From Candidatus Thorarchaeota archaeon (GTDB lineage: Archaea > Asgardarchaeota > Thorarchaeia > Thorarchaeales > Thorarchaeaceae), in contig DXJO01000022.1 in the NCBI GenBank assembly GCA_019057475.1, positions 22,465-86,464 on the forward strand: a stretch of DNA of 64,000 bases, written 5' to 3'. Each line of letters opens with the position of its first letter. The stretch's first letter is position 1. Below are positions 9,126 through 19,205 of the stretch, piece by piece. The notes beneath the pieces were generated by a model. That model was given only the letters and a program-made list of their open reading frames with translations. It ran no database searches and had not been told where the DNA came from. The translations under genes were made by a program, and so were the position numbers.

Positions 9126-10730
9126 CTATCTCTGTCTAAGTCTTGGATTGAGAACTTGGTCTAAGGTATGTCCGACAAAGGTGAATGCCAAGGACAAGAT
9201 GGTGATCATCAGACCTGGGAAGACAACCACCCACCAGGCACCGTGAGTAAAGCCACCAGTACCTTGAGCGTCAGCAAGCATCCTACCCCAACTTGGTTGA
9301 CCTGGATCAGTCAGACCAAGGAATGCAAGACCAGACTCGGATAGAATAGCTCCCACAACACCCAGAGTGATGTTGGCGAACAGAATGGGAGTCACGTTTG
9401 GCAATATGTGCCTCATAACGATGTAAGTGTCTGAGGCACCAATCGCCCTTGCAGACTCGACATAGGCCTTGTTCTTCTCAGCCATCACTTGAGATCGTAT
9501 AAGCCGCGATGTCCCAGTCCACCCTAATATCGCGATCACTATAATGATATTGTCTGTGGTGGGTCCGAGAAATGATGCCATTATCATCATTAGCGGTAAT
9601 CCCGGAATGACCAGAAGGAAATCCACAAGTCGCATGAGAATCTCGTCAGTTTTTCCACCAAGGTACCCGGCAGTCAGACCAACTATTACACCGATTGCTG
9701 TTGATATTGCGGTTGCAAGAATTCCGATGGTGAGAGAGATTCTTGACCCAAATATTAGCTGACTGAAAGCATCACCCCCCTTGTCTGTTGTTCCCAGCAG
9801 ACCAAAGTAGGAACCGAAAGCAACCAAGCTTATCGATTTGACTGATACAGTTACTGAGCCTGTGTACTCAAACTCGGGAGTTGATCCAAGATAGTTGTGG
9901 AAGACCGCTGTTGGGACAAGGCCAACGGCTATTGTGAGAATATCTTCGAGATCTTCCTGCCAACCAGTCGCGTTTTCGGCCATGCCTCTCCAGCCTTCAA
10001 CGATATCAAGGTAACTCAAATCTATTTGCCGGGCGCGATAACTATCCGAATATAGTGGGTAGGACCTGTAAACGTTGCGCCAGTTCCCACTGTAGTCGAT
10101 AAGCCAAACATACACTTTGAACATAAGACCCCCTTCCAGCCTGGCAAAATCGCCTGTCTGAGTAATAGCGAAGTCAATGGTCATGTTTACGTCGCTGGGA
10201 ATAGCCTCGTAGGGCCATTCAAACTGCTGTGTGAAGTAGATGAAATCATTAGAAGCAGGTAGATCGTCATCTGGATCTGGAGGTGTTCGCCAAGACATCG
10301 ATTCATTGGAATGAATCCATGTGAGATTCACATGGTTGAAATCATTATCTCCAGTCGATTCATGGTACAAATAATCGAATTCGTCTTGGTTGGAACCGTT
10401 TTTGTAGAACACGGGGGCAGCAGGATCAATCATCCATGAGTCCGGATCCTCCAAAGCTGTATCTGGCATCCATTCGGCAGTTATAACTCCCTCTGGATCA
10501 AATACTGACACCCATTGTGGAGCCATGTAATTCGGTGCAACCCTTGCTGTGGGCGAAGGATCATGAGTTGCTATCCATGGAGCTCCGATTGCCATTCCTA
10601 CATACAGAACAAGCAAAACTATTCCAAGCAAGCCGATTCTATGTTTCTTGTATTCTAGCCAAAAGCCAGACAGACTTACATACCAATTGCGATCTCTCCA
10701 ACCAGCTGATTTTTCCGCACTCGTAGACAA
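9126..10730 (-). CDS. oppC: Oligopeptide ABC permease with large extracytoplasmic insertion
   Basis: LLGTTDKGGD, GSRISL, YVESARAIGAS and PSWGRML motifs; about 230-aa insert after TM1. Confidence 0.92.
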   Translation of the reverse strand: MSTSAEKSAGWRDRNWYVSLSGFWLEYKKHRIGLLGIVLLVLYVGMAIGAPWIATHDPSPTARVAPNYMAPQWVSVFDPEGVITAEWMPDTALEDPDSWMIDPAAPVFYKNGSNQDEFDYLYHESTGDNDFNHVNLTWIHSNESMSWRTPPDPDDDLPASNDFIYFTQQFEWPYEAIPSDVNMTIDFAITQTGDFARLEGGLMFKVYVWLIDYSGNWRNVYRSYPLYSDSYRARQIDLSYLDIVEGWRGMAENATGWQEDLEDILTIAVGLVPTAVFHNYLGSTPEFEYTGSVTVSVKSISLVAFGSYFGLLGTTDKGGDAFSQLIFGSRISLTIGILATAISTAIGVIVGLTAGYLGGKTDEILMRLVDFLLVIPGLPLMMIMASFLGPTTDNIIIVIAILGWTGTSRLIRSQVMAEKNKAYVESARAIGASDTYIVMRHILPNVTPILFANITLGVVGAILSESGLAFLGLTDPGQPSWGRMLADAQGTGGFTHGAWWVVVFPGLMITILSLAFTFVGHTLDQVLNPRLRQR

Positions 10731-11082
10731 TGGCTCTTATCTCCTTTCACGTGATCGATTGTTCTCTGTTCAATGTGTTTCGCAGTTTTGCAGAAACCAA
10801 CGAATCCTTGACCGATTCTTCGCTTTCACCCATTAAAAAAGGTCACTATAGGCGCTTCCGAAACCAGTCGCATTGGGGATACGGAGATTCAAAACAACCA
10901 GTGTAGGAAGTAAGGGGTCGCGAGGAATGGCGACTATCTCGACGATCAGTGGAATATCTCTTGAAATCCACCCGTCAAGGATTGTCCAGAAAAGGTCAAC
11001 GTACTCAGGTCTTCGATTCCAAGTGCAGAATGGATTGATCCAAGTTCTGATAGATAGGTACTAGCGTAGGTTCTTGATGATG

Positions 11083-11397
11083 TTACTTTTTGTGATCCTC
11101 ATCGAATAGTGTATCAACAAACGGATCCTCATCAATTGGTTCTTCAAGATCCTCGATTCCTCTGGCATTTCTTGCTTTGATTATATCCTTGGTCCGTCTT
11201 GATGCAGCCCATAAATCAGCGAAGACCACGCCAACCAGGAACATGGTAAAAACTCCGGTTAATGATAGCACTATTCCAATAAAACGAAGCACTTGTATCG
11301 TCGTGAGAAGGAGCCCACCAAAAATGAGCAGAACAGGAATCAGCAGTATTCTCTTCTGTGGTTCCTTTCTGGTTATCGGAAAAGATCGTACTGTCAT
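11083..11397 (-). CDS. Small 2-TM membrane protein
   Basis: 104-aa ORF with two hydrophobic helices and a charged tail. Confidence 0.65.
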   Translation of the reverse strand: MTVRSFPITRKEPQKRILLIPVLLIFGGLLLTTIQVLRFIGIVLSLTGVFTMFLVGVVFADLWAASRRTKDIIKARNARGIEDLEEPIDEDPFVDTLFDEDHKK

Positions 11398-11490
11398 TAT
11401 CAGTCGATAGGTCGTCCTACTGCTATCCTTTTACTCTTTTCGAACTCATAGGTTGAAGGCATAGTTTTGTCTAGAGCAAAAAGCTGTCGC

Positions 11491-11508
11491 AGAAAGCAAG
11501 TTATATAA
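11491..11508 (+). promoter_or_regulatory. Archaeal BRE/TATA promoter for oppDF
   Basis: AGAAAGCAAG followed by TTATATAA about 95 nt upstream of the oppD start. Confidence 0.55.
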
Positions 11509-11604
11509 GTGCGACACAGAAGGACGACAAATCAGTGAAGGGATAGTGAAGTCATTTCGTAGTCCCGATAGTCAAAGATTCATATCCCCAAAGGAGATAG
11601 AGGA

Positions 11605-12594
11605 ATGACCCTGCTTGACATACAGTCGCTTAGAATGTACTATCAGACACAAAAAGGTCTTGTAAAAGCAGTTGACAATGTATCCCTACAGCTTGAGTCA
11701 GGAGAGTCCATTGGGCTTGCAGGCGAATCAGGTTGTGGTAAGTCTAGCCTTGCTTACTCAATTATGCAATTGCTACCGCCAGCAGCCAACATCGTAGGTG
11801 GTAACATCTACTTCAAGGGAGAAGACCTCCTGAGAAAGAGCGCACGTGAGATGCGAGACATCAGATGGAAGAACGTGGCAATCGTGTTCCAAGGCGCCAT
11901 GAATGCGCTGAATCCAGTCTTCGAGATCGGTGACCAGATTGCAGAAGCCATCCTGATGCACGAAAATGTTACAGAGGAAGAAGCTCTCGACCGTGTTTCA
12001 AAGCTGTTTGAAATGGTCGGGCTTGACCCGTCTCGAATTCACAACTACCCACACGAGTTCTCAGGAGGCATGCGCCAGAGAGCCATGATTGCAATGGCTC
12101 TGGCCTGTAATCCGGACCTTGTGATTGCAGACGAGCCTACCACAGCTCTCGACGTAACAATTCAGGCCCAGATACTGAAGCTTATGCAAAAGCTGCAGAA
12201 AGACCTAGGTCTATCACTAATCCTGATCACGCACGACTTGAGCGTTATCGCGGAAACCTGCGACAAGACAGCGATCATGTATGCCGGCTGCATTGCGGAG
12301 CTCGCAGACGTTGTGTCGGTGTTCAAGGAGCCAATCCATCCATACGCGGCGGGACTGGTAGCTGCTATTCCGAGCATGGTGAAAGCCGAGCATAAGAAAC
12401 TCTCATCCATTCCGGGTTCACCTCCAGATCTCATTGACCCGCCATCAGGGTGTCGATTCCACCCGAGGTGCCCGTACGCAAAGGACATCTGCAATAAGGA
12501 AGAGCCTGCCTTCGAGGAAATCGATCCTGGAAGATGGGTAGCGTGCCACTTTGCTGAGCAGTTGAAGGGCGAACTCACCGTAAACATAGATTGA
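11605..12594 (+). CDS. oppD: Oligopeptide ABC ATP-binding protein
   Basis: [26 protein letters not shown], and C-terminal GCRFHPRC...VACH. Confidence 0.95.
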   Translation: MTLLDIQSLRMYYQTQKGLVKAVDNVSLQLESGESIGLAGESGCGKSSLAYSIMQLLPPAANIVGGNIYFKGEDLLRKSAREMRDIRWKNVAIVFQGAMNALNPVFEIGDQIAEAILMHENVTEEEALDRVSKLFEMVGLDPSRIHNYPHEFSGGMRQRAMIAMALACNPDLVIADEPTTALDVTIQAQILKLMQKLQKDLGLSLILITHDLSVIAETCDKTAIMYAGCIAELADVVSVFKEPIHPYAAGLVAAIPSMVKAEHKKLSSIPGSPPDLIDPPSGCRFHPRCPYAKDICNKEEPAFEEIDPGRWVACHFAEQLKGELTVNID

Positions 12595-12607
12595 GGAGGT
12601 TCATAGA

Positions 12608-13672
12608 ATGACAATTGAAGATTATTCAGGAGCACTTGGCCGGTCCGAGGATATCGCAGACGGAGAACCCCTAGTTCAGATACTCGGCATGCGCAAGTGG
12701 TTCCCAGTAAATGTTGGCTTCCTCTCGTCAATGTTGTACAAGCAGGAGCTTTACGTGAAGGCCGTCGATGGTGTTACCTTTGACATCATGAAGGGAGAAA
12801 TCTTGGTTCTGGCAGGTGAATCAGGCTGTGGCAAAACAACCACAGGTCGATGCCTTCTCTACCTTGAAGCCCCTACAGATGGAACTGTAGTCTATGCGGG
12901 CATTGATTTGGCCACATTGGATCGTACTGAGATGAAGGACTTGAGAAAGCGAATGCAAATCACCTTTCAAGATCCGTACGAATCTCTTAATCCAAAGCAG
13001 AGCATCCATAGCATTGTTGCAGAGCCACTCGTTGTACATAAGATTCCGTTGACACCCAGTCAGAAGAGACAGCGTGTGTTAGAGGCTTTGGAGAGTGTTT
13101 CCATCACGCCGGCAGAAGATTTCATCGACAGGTATCCTCACGAACTGTCAGGAGGACAGAGACAGAGGATATCAGTCGCTAGAGCACTAATCCTTCACCC
13201 CGAGTTCATGGTTGCTGATGAGCCAGTATCAATGCTGGACGTTTCAATCCGGGCAGAGATTCTCAATCTTCTACTGAAGCTCAGAGAGGATCTTGGGCTC
13301 ACTTATCTGTTCATCACACACGACTTAGCAGTAGCAAGCTACATTGCAGATCGCATTGGGATCATGTACTTGGGAGTCATTGTTGAAATCGGTCCAGCGC
13401 ATTCTGTTGCATTCGAGCCGCAACACCCCTACACTCGAGCTCTGATCTCCGCGGTACCTTCTGGAGACCCCACTGTGAAGCGCCGTGTTGAGTCACTCAA
13501 GGGAGAACCGCCAAGCCCAATCAACATCCCAACGGGCTGCAGGTTCCATCCAAGGTGTCCGTACGCTCAGGAGATCTGCGTGCGTGAGGTTCCTGAAGAC
13601 AGGGATATGGGTGAAGGTCACTACGTGGCATGCCACTTTGCCGGCGAGCTTGGTGAACCGACCAACCTATAG
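12608..13672 (+). CDS. oppF: Oligopeptide ABC ATP-binding protein
   Basis: [25 protein letters not shown] and GCRFHPRC motifs. Confidence 0.95.
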   Translation: MTIEDYSGALGRSEDIADGEPLVQILGMRKWFPVNVGFLSSMLYKQELYVKAVDGVTFDIMKGEILVLAGESGCGKTTTGRCLLYLEAPTDGTVVYAGIDLATLDRTEMKDLRKRMQITFQDPYESLNPKQSIHSIVAEPLVVHKIPLTPSQKRQRVLEALESVSITPAEDFIDRYPHELSGGQRQRISVARALILHPEFMVADEPVSMLDVSIRAEILNLLLKLREDLGLTYLFITHDLAVASYIADRIGIMYLGVIVEIGPAHSVAFEPQHPYTRALISAVPSGDPTVKRRVESLKGEPPSPINIPTGCRFHPRCPYAQEICVREVPEDRDMGEGHYVACHFAGELGEPTNL

Positions 13673-13730
13673 ACCCTAACTCGCTCTTAGGCGACACACA
13701 CGAAGACTCACGCCATCGTGAGGCGTTCAT

Positions 13731-14168
13731 ATGACTGAAGTGTCCGATCGACCTCGAGTGCTAAAAGCAATCAAGAAATGCATCTCTGACGCTCACGAGC
13801 ATTTCCAGGAGGCTATGGACGCGCTGGATGAGATAGGTCGCGCGTCACTTGCGACGGGGATGACATCACTCTTCGGAGGATACCAGTTGAAAGACCCGAA
13901 GAGAAAATACCGAATAGCAAGAATAGAGATTAAGGCCGCAGAGAAGGCTCTTTTTCCGCTCACCAAACGATTTCGTGATGGCAGAGTCAATGCAGAGCAC
14001 TTCAAAGATGAGAAGGCATTGTCGCTTCTGAAGGACCTGACTGAATTCGACTACCAAATACTAATCAGACTCCTATGGGAACACAAAGGCAGAGAATCGG
14101 CATGGTATCGATTGGAGGAGCTCAGCAATAAAGCCAAGGCAGTCTTTGAAAAAGTTGCAGACCTATAG
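13731..14168 (+). CDS. Hypothetical helical protein, tandem copy 1
   Basis: 145 aa; reading frame conserved with copy 2 (111/145 residues identical by manual count). Confidence 0.85.
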   Translation: MTEVSDRPRVLKAIKKCISDAHEHFQEAMDALDEIGRASLATGMTSLFGGYQLKDPKRKYRIARIEIKAAEKALFPLTKRFRDGRVNAEHFKDEKALSLLKDLTEFDYQILIRLLWEHKGRESAWYRLEELSNKAKAVFEKVADL

Positions 14169-14300
14169 AACATATCATGGGCGGAGGTCACTATGTGGCA
14201 TGCCACTTTGCTGGCGAGCTTGGTGAGCCGGCCAACCTATAAACCTCAACTCGCTCTTAGGCGACACACACGAAGACTCACGCTATCGTGAGGCGTTCAT

Positions 14301-14738
14301 ATGACTGAAGTGTCCGATCGACCTCGAGTGCTAAAAGCAATCAAGAAATGCATCTGTGACGCTCACGAGCATTTCCAGGAGGCCATGGATGCGCTGGATG
14401 ATAAAACTCGCTGGTCACTTCGTCCGGTGTTGACGTCAATCTTCGGAGGGTACCTAACAAAGAACCGGAAGGCAAACTACCATAAGGCAAGTATGGAGGT
14501 TGCGCTGGCAGAGAAGGCCCTCTATCCGCTCACCAGACGATTTCGTGATGGCAGGGTCAATGCAGAGCACTTCAAAGATAAGGAGGCCTTGACGCTTCTA
14601 AAAGACCTGACTGAATTCGACTACCAGGTACTTATCAGACTCCTATTGGAACGTAAAGGGAGAGAATCTGCATGGTATCGATTGGAGGAGCTCAGCAAGA
14701 AAGCCAAGGCAGTCCTTGAAAAAGTTGCAGACATATAG
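14301..14738 (+). CDS. Hypothetical helical protein, tandem copy 2
   Basis: 145-aa paralogue of 13731-14168. Confidence 0.85.
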   Translation: MTEVSDRPRVLKAIKKCICDAHEHFQEAMDALDDKTRWSLRPVLTSIFGGYLTKNRKANYHKASMEVALAEKALYPLTRRFRDGRVNAEHFKDKEALTLLKDLTEFDYQVLIRLLLERKGRESAWYRLEELSKKAKAVLEKVADI

Positions 14739-14838
14739 GCCATATCGTGAACCATTTACCAGAGTGCCAACAAAGGTAATAACAGTTCGCGAAGACTGTG
14801 AATCCTGAAGACAGTCAGATTGGAGTGGTTCGAGTTTC

Positions 14839-15516
14839 ATGAGTAGTGCGCCTGTCGGGAAATCCCTGAAACATAATCTTGAGAGAACAATTCGTGTAAT
14901 GGAGAACATCTCTCACTCGCTGACCCTCATGGAAAGACACCTGACATCATTGGAGAACTCACACCTAATGAAAGACCTCATCACTGAGGGCGAGTATGTC
15001 GTCGGAAATTTACCTGGGGTCATTTGCATTCCCTCGACTCTGAAGCAAAATGACCCACTGCAGCCAGCACTGAATCAAATGAAGGCGAGAGGGCGTAGGA
15101 TGCCTTCGATGATTAGACTAGGTGACTCCATGGAATCCGTGGAAACATGTGACAAGGTCGTGAGAATAATCAAATCCGAGATCTTGCCAGCATTGGATGA
15201 CAGTGCGTTCGTAGTCAATCTCAGATGGGATGAAATGATTAGTCCTTTTGAATCCAATCGTACCATAGTCATAGGAAAGAGGTATAGCAAGGGCTCTAGG
15301 AAACGATTCAAGCGCTTGGAGAGGACTCTTGGAGAACTCGGTGTGCACGTATTGTCTGACAGTGGAGAGTACGGAGGGGGACCACTGGTTTATGCCATTA
15401 CGAGAGCATTGCCGACTAAAACCAATCTGCTGGTATTCGAACTTACGCTATCGATGTCTGTGGCGTGCGAACCCAACATCGTGACACAGATACTTGAATC
15501 TCTCCAAGGACACTAG
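14839..15516 (+). CDS. Hypothetical protein, possible degenerate N-formylglutamate-amidohydrolase-like fold
   Basis: IVIG.R, GxxV...YGGG and VFEL spacing resemble FGase C-terminal motifs, but the Zn-binding His residues are not visible. Ends 10 nt before the ligase start. Confidence 0.6.
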   Translation: MSSAPVGKSLKHNLERTIRVMENISHSLTLMERHLTSLENSHLMKDLITEGEYVVGNLPGVICIPSTLKQNDPLQPALNQMKARGRRMPSMIRLGDSMESVETCDKVVRIIKSEILPALDDSAFVVNLRWDEMISPFESNRTIVIGKRYSKGSRKRFKRLERTLGELGVHVLSDSGEYGGGPLVYAITRALPTKTNLLVFELTLSMSVACEPNIVTQILESLQGH

Positions 15517-15526
15517 GTGCTTAGAT

Positions 15527-18500
15527 ATGACAGAGGAAACGGCTGGTACAGAGGAAATGCAATTGCCGTTTCCACATGGTATCGAGGTTGAACTCCAGGT
15601 CATCATGAGAGATGGAAACTGGTTCCGCGGGGAGGAGATCCTGGAAGTATTCGATAGGCTGGTGTCCAGCGCGAAGAACCTGCTTGACAAGAGGATTAGA
15701 GCGGCAAGTGTGCCCTCAGTTAGAAGCAAGTATAGGCACTCATCGCAAACTGAGGAAGGTGAGCGTGGTTCCAGAATCGTAGTGAATTACGAGGACCCAG
15801 CAGGGGAGGCAAAGGAATACACCATTATCGGCCATGACCCGAATGTCACGAGCCTGACGTGGATACTCGAAGTGGCAACACCCCCATGCACAACACTAGA
15901 AGAACTTGCCTGGTGGGTTCAGACACTCATCGCAATCTCATATGATGCTCTACCCAAGGACATGTATGTGCTGCTCATTTCAACTGGCCTGAATCCCACT
16001 CAGGAATACATGAGGAATCTCTCATTTGGAGAACATCATCATATCCTCAGTCCCGAGATCGAAGAGAGTTCACGCCTCGCGGTCTACAATATGATCCGAA
16101 ACTTCACTCCTCATCTAATTGCGTTGTCCGTGAATTCCCCATTTGAAAACAAGAAGTCCACAGACGAGGTCTATATCGACTCAGAAGGAAGAACACGCGC
16201 TCCAAGATGCAAGAGATCAATCAGACTTCTCAAGAACACCACACAGATGGGACCCACAAATAAATTCGAGCTCATACCATACATGAAGAAACCAGACAAG
16301 GAATTCTTTGCAAAGCATGTTAATCGTAGCTTCGCAAGAATGGTAGATATGTACCCGTTCACGGATTATGGTACAATAGAAGTAAGAGTCTTTGACACAC
16401 AGTTATCAGTCCCTCGAAGGGTCGGTATCGCCTTGATCTTGCAGGCGCTCGCCCTGAAGGCGATACGACTGTCCGCGAAAGGTGTGCCTATTCCAGATAT
16501 GGGCGCCAAGTCGATTGCTGCCAACAGGGCTTCTGCTGTTGCGGCCGGTCTATGGGGACCGTTCCATCCGGGAGAGGACAGTAAGAATCTGGAGTTCATA
16601 GAGATCTACAACCATCCAATTAACGATGATGGAACATTGGACAATACACGGCGAAATCGATTCATGGGAGATGCTGTTGCTTCGATGCTCTATCTCATCA
16701 GAGATGAGCTCGAAGACATGAGAGCGATTGATAACCCATTCATGCAGCCCTTGATGGTTTCGGTGTTTGGGAGCGAGTTCGTGGAGCCGAGAACTACATG
16801 TGCAGACTACCAGCTTGATGTCTACGCGAAATCAGAACAAAACATGGTCACATTACTTGGACGCCTAGGAAGTATCACTAGGGAATGCTGTACCAATTGG
16901 CTTTACGACCCGCTGGAAGGAGTCCCACGACTTCCAACCTGGCTTTGTTGGTGGAAGGGTCTCGAGCCGGAGATCATAACTGATAAGGAGAGGATCTTCG
17001 CGGGTCAAGAAGCAGGATTCGACTTATCTATCCGAAATCGAACCGACCGAGACCTTCACAATCTCACTGTATCCTACAGGATAGAAGATTCTGAAAGAAA
17101 TGTCATAGAACAGAACATCCTGCCAATCTCAAGAATCGAATCAGGCGAGATTCATGTCGCTCGGATCACATTCCCAACTAAGCGTCAGGTCCATGCCTAC
17201 AACATCATTGCATCAATCGGTGTCGCTGGCAAGGAAATCAACCTGAGAAGCACTATCAATACATACTGGATGACAGCAAGCGTCAAGCCTGCTACAACCA
17301 CACAGTTTGCCGATAGCAGGACTCCAATCCTGTTTTCTGGTGAGATAGACACGAACTACCCCACAAGGACTACAGTCACTTGCGAGATTGCAGTGATTAG
17401 CCCAAAGAAAGAAACTGTCATTGCCAATGTGTACTACCCTGTTGTCGTTGAGGGAGGAGACCTTCTCTTCTTTGAGTCGTCTGACCTGCCACCTCTGGTA
17501 GTATCTGCAGAAGCCTCCAAAGGGGTCGAAAGATGCGTTCTGCGAATTAGATTGATTGATCATGATAAGAGTACAATCGCACTTAGCACGTCGAAGCCCT
17601 TCTACATTGGTTTTGTAAGACGAGGCCCAGAAATAACCATCCAAGCGAATCTCAAAGGAACACACAGTCCTGGGGGGATTCTTCAAGGCGAGGTGGTGCT
17701 CAAAGCCGGACAACACGAAATGCCTAAGGGTTCAAGATTGATTGTTCATTACAAGACAGATACAGGGGACACGCACGTAGTAGCGGAGGCCGATGCTTGG
17801 GAAGCTGTATCGAGCCCGCTCAAATTCGATTGGCAGATTCCGCCAGCAGATCCGGGAATGCTGGCGCGAAGAACTGCGTCCATCCGAGCATCACTGGTTT
17901 CCAATGGAATGGAGATTGCATCGAGTGAATCTGATGCCTTCATAGTGGCTCATGTCGAGGTCAGAACCAGCATTGATTCGCTGAAGGCGCCAGACAGATC
18001 CCAGATAGGCGGCATGGTGGCAGGTTGGCTCAGAATAAGACGCAACACGGAACAGGGAGAGCCTGCCACTTTGACTATGTCTTTGCGATTCACAGATGAT
18101 GACGAACACATTGTCTTGAATCAAGCTGTCAAGCAAAGCAGGAACCTGTCTCTTGCGTATGGGCCATTTACCATACCTGAACCGAGAACGAAGAATGTGC
18201 CGTCAAGCGTCACTCTTGTGGCCAAGCTAGACTATGCAAATGCTCAGATGGACTGCAAGACAGCAGAAATATCGCTTGTCGCCATGGATGAAACCAGACC
18301 TGCTAGTCTGAACTTCAGCGGAGTCCCAACATATGTTTCTCCTGATGACCAAGTTCATGCTGCGATTCACGTCACCAACTCATCTGCTGAAGCTATGAAA
18401 GGAATGCTGTCGGTGCGTCTTGAGTCGGTAATTGGAACGGAGGAAGTATTCATTCGGGAGATTGATCTAGCGGCTGAGGAAACTCGCGTCTTCGCGATTC

Positions 18501-18964
18501 CTGTGAGAATACCTTTGAGTGCGGAAATGAGCACAGCGCATCTGAAAGCAGCCTTGCGTCTGGAAACCATGCTTCTGGAAAAAAGGCATAGATTCAAGGT
18601 GAAAGCGATTGAAGAACCACTCTTTCATGTGCGTTTCTCCATCAAGGATGACAGGGGCCAGGAGATACCGGGCCTTGTTCCGCGTGAGTCAAATATCGTG
18701 ATTGGGGTTCATGTTCAGGTCGTTAAGCGAGGTTTGGAAAACTTGATGGTTTCTCTGCGCGTGATGTCCAAAAGAGAAGTGGTAAGGGAATTCCGAATGC
18801 CGATCCCCGAATCTGAAACTGCGTTCAAGTCTGAGGTTCGTTGGACCACCCCCAAGTTGGAAACCATAACGGGGTACTACTTGGATGCAGCAATCATTCA
18901 CGGAGAGATATCATTGCCTACGCGCGCGGTTAAATGCGAAAAGAAGACCTTCGCGGTATACTAG
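15527..18964 (+). CDS. GCS2/YbdK-type carboxylate-amine ligase fused to ~6 Ig-like beta-sandwich domains
   Basis: GIEVELQ, LEVAT, GLNP, GEHHHI, LIALSVNSPF and GTIEVRVFD motifs in the N-terminal ~480 aa; the remaining ~660 aa are repeated beta-strand modules. Start reassigned to MTEETAG. Confidence 0.85.
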   Translation: MTEETAGTEEMQLPFPHGIEVELQVIMRDGNWFRGEEILEVFDRLVSSAKNLLDKRIRAASVPSVRSKYRHSSQTEEGERGSRIVVNYEDPAGEAKEYTIIGHDPNVTSLTWILEVATPPCTTLEELAWWVQTLIAISYDALPKDMYVLLISTGLNPTQEYMRNLSFGEHHHILSPEIEESSRLAVYNMIRNFTPHLIALSVNSPFENKKSTDEVYIDSEGRTRAPRCKRSIRLLKNTTQMGPTNKFELIPYMKKPDKEFFAKHVNRSFARMVDMYPFTDYGTIEVRVFDTQLSVPRRVGIALILQALALKAIRLSAKGVPIPDMGAKSIAANRASAVAAGLWGPFHPGEDSKNLEFIEIYNHPINDDGTLDNTRRNRFMGDAVASMLYLIRDELEDMRAIDNPFMQPLMVSVFGSEFVEPRTTCADYQLDVYAKSEQNMVTLLGRLGSITRECCTNWLYDPLEGVPRLPTWLCWWKGLEPEIITDKERIFAGQEAGFDLSIRNRTDRDLHNLTVSYRIEDSERNVIEQNILPISRIESGEIHVARITFPTKRQVHAYNIIASIGVAGKEINLRSTINTYWMTASVKPATTTQFADSRTPILFSGEIDTNYPTRTTVTCEIAVISPKKETVIANVYYPVVVEGGDLLFFESSDLPPLVVSAEASKGVERCVLRIRLIDHDKSTIALSTSKPFYIGFVRRGPEITIQANLKGTHSPGGILQGEVVLKAGQHEMPKGSRLIVHYKTDTGDTHVVAEADAWEAVSSPLKFDWQIPPADPGMLARRTASIRASLVSNGMEIASSESDAFIVAHVEVRTSIDSLKAPDRSQIGGMVAGWLRIRRNTEQGEPATLTMSLRFTDDDEHIVLNQAVKQSRNLSLAYGPFTIPEPRTKNVPSSVTLVAKLDYANAQMDCKTAEISLVAMDETRPASLNFSGVPTYVSPDDQVHAAIHVTNSSAEAMKGMLSVRLESVIGTEEVFIREIDLAAEETRVFAIPVRIPLSAEMSTAHLKAALRLETMLLEKRHRFKVKAIEEPLFHVRFSIKDDRGQEIPGLVPRESNIVIGVHVQVVKRGLENLMVSLRVMSKREVVREFRMPIPESETAFKSEVRWTTPKLETITGYYLDAAIIHGEISLPTRAVKCEKKTFAVY

Positions 18965-19205
18965 CTCGAATCCTTCAAGGCGGAAGTCGTTTTGCGCAAA
19001 TCCAATCCCTCACCGCAATGAAATTAGCAATTCTAGCGATTCAAACTTCGACGATTTGTAATATTCGCTGCAAAGGTATAATAGGAGCAGGGCGAGCGCC
19101 CTGAGTTAATCAGACAACTTGACCATCAACTAATATATGCTCATAGAACAATCCTCGATGAACAATGATACGATTACCAAGTAACATGGTAAGGAATACG
19201 AAGAC

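Larger units (their letters stand above)
13607..14746 (+). repeat. 570-bp tandem duplication (13607-14176 / 14177-14746) containing the oppF 3' end, the intergenic region and a 145-aa gene
   Basis: Direct alignment at an offset of 570 nt; the intergenic region and first ~33 codons are nearly identical. Confidence 0.95.

Noticed and set aside
10928-11064. Possible ~45-aa ORF MATISTISG... preceded by GAGGA
   Set aside because: No motif or other support; cannot be distinguished from chance.
13607-14746. CRISPR array, IS element or DGR template/variable repeat
   Set aside because: Only two 570-bp units; no short repeat-spacer pattern, transposase, terminal inverted repeats or reverse transcriptase. 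The differences are not confined to adenines.
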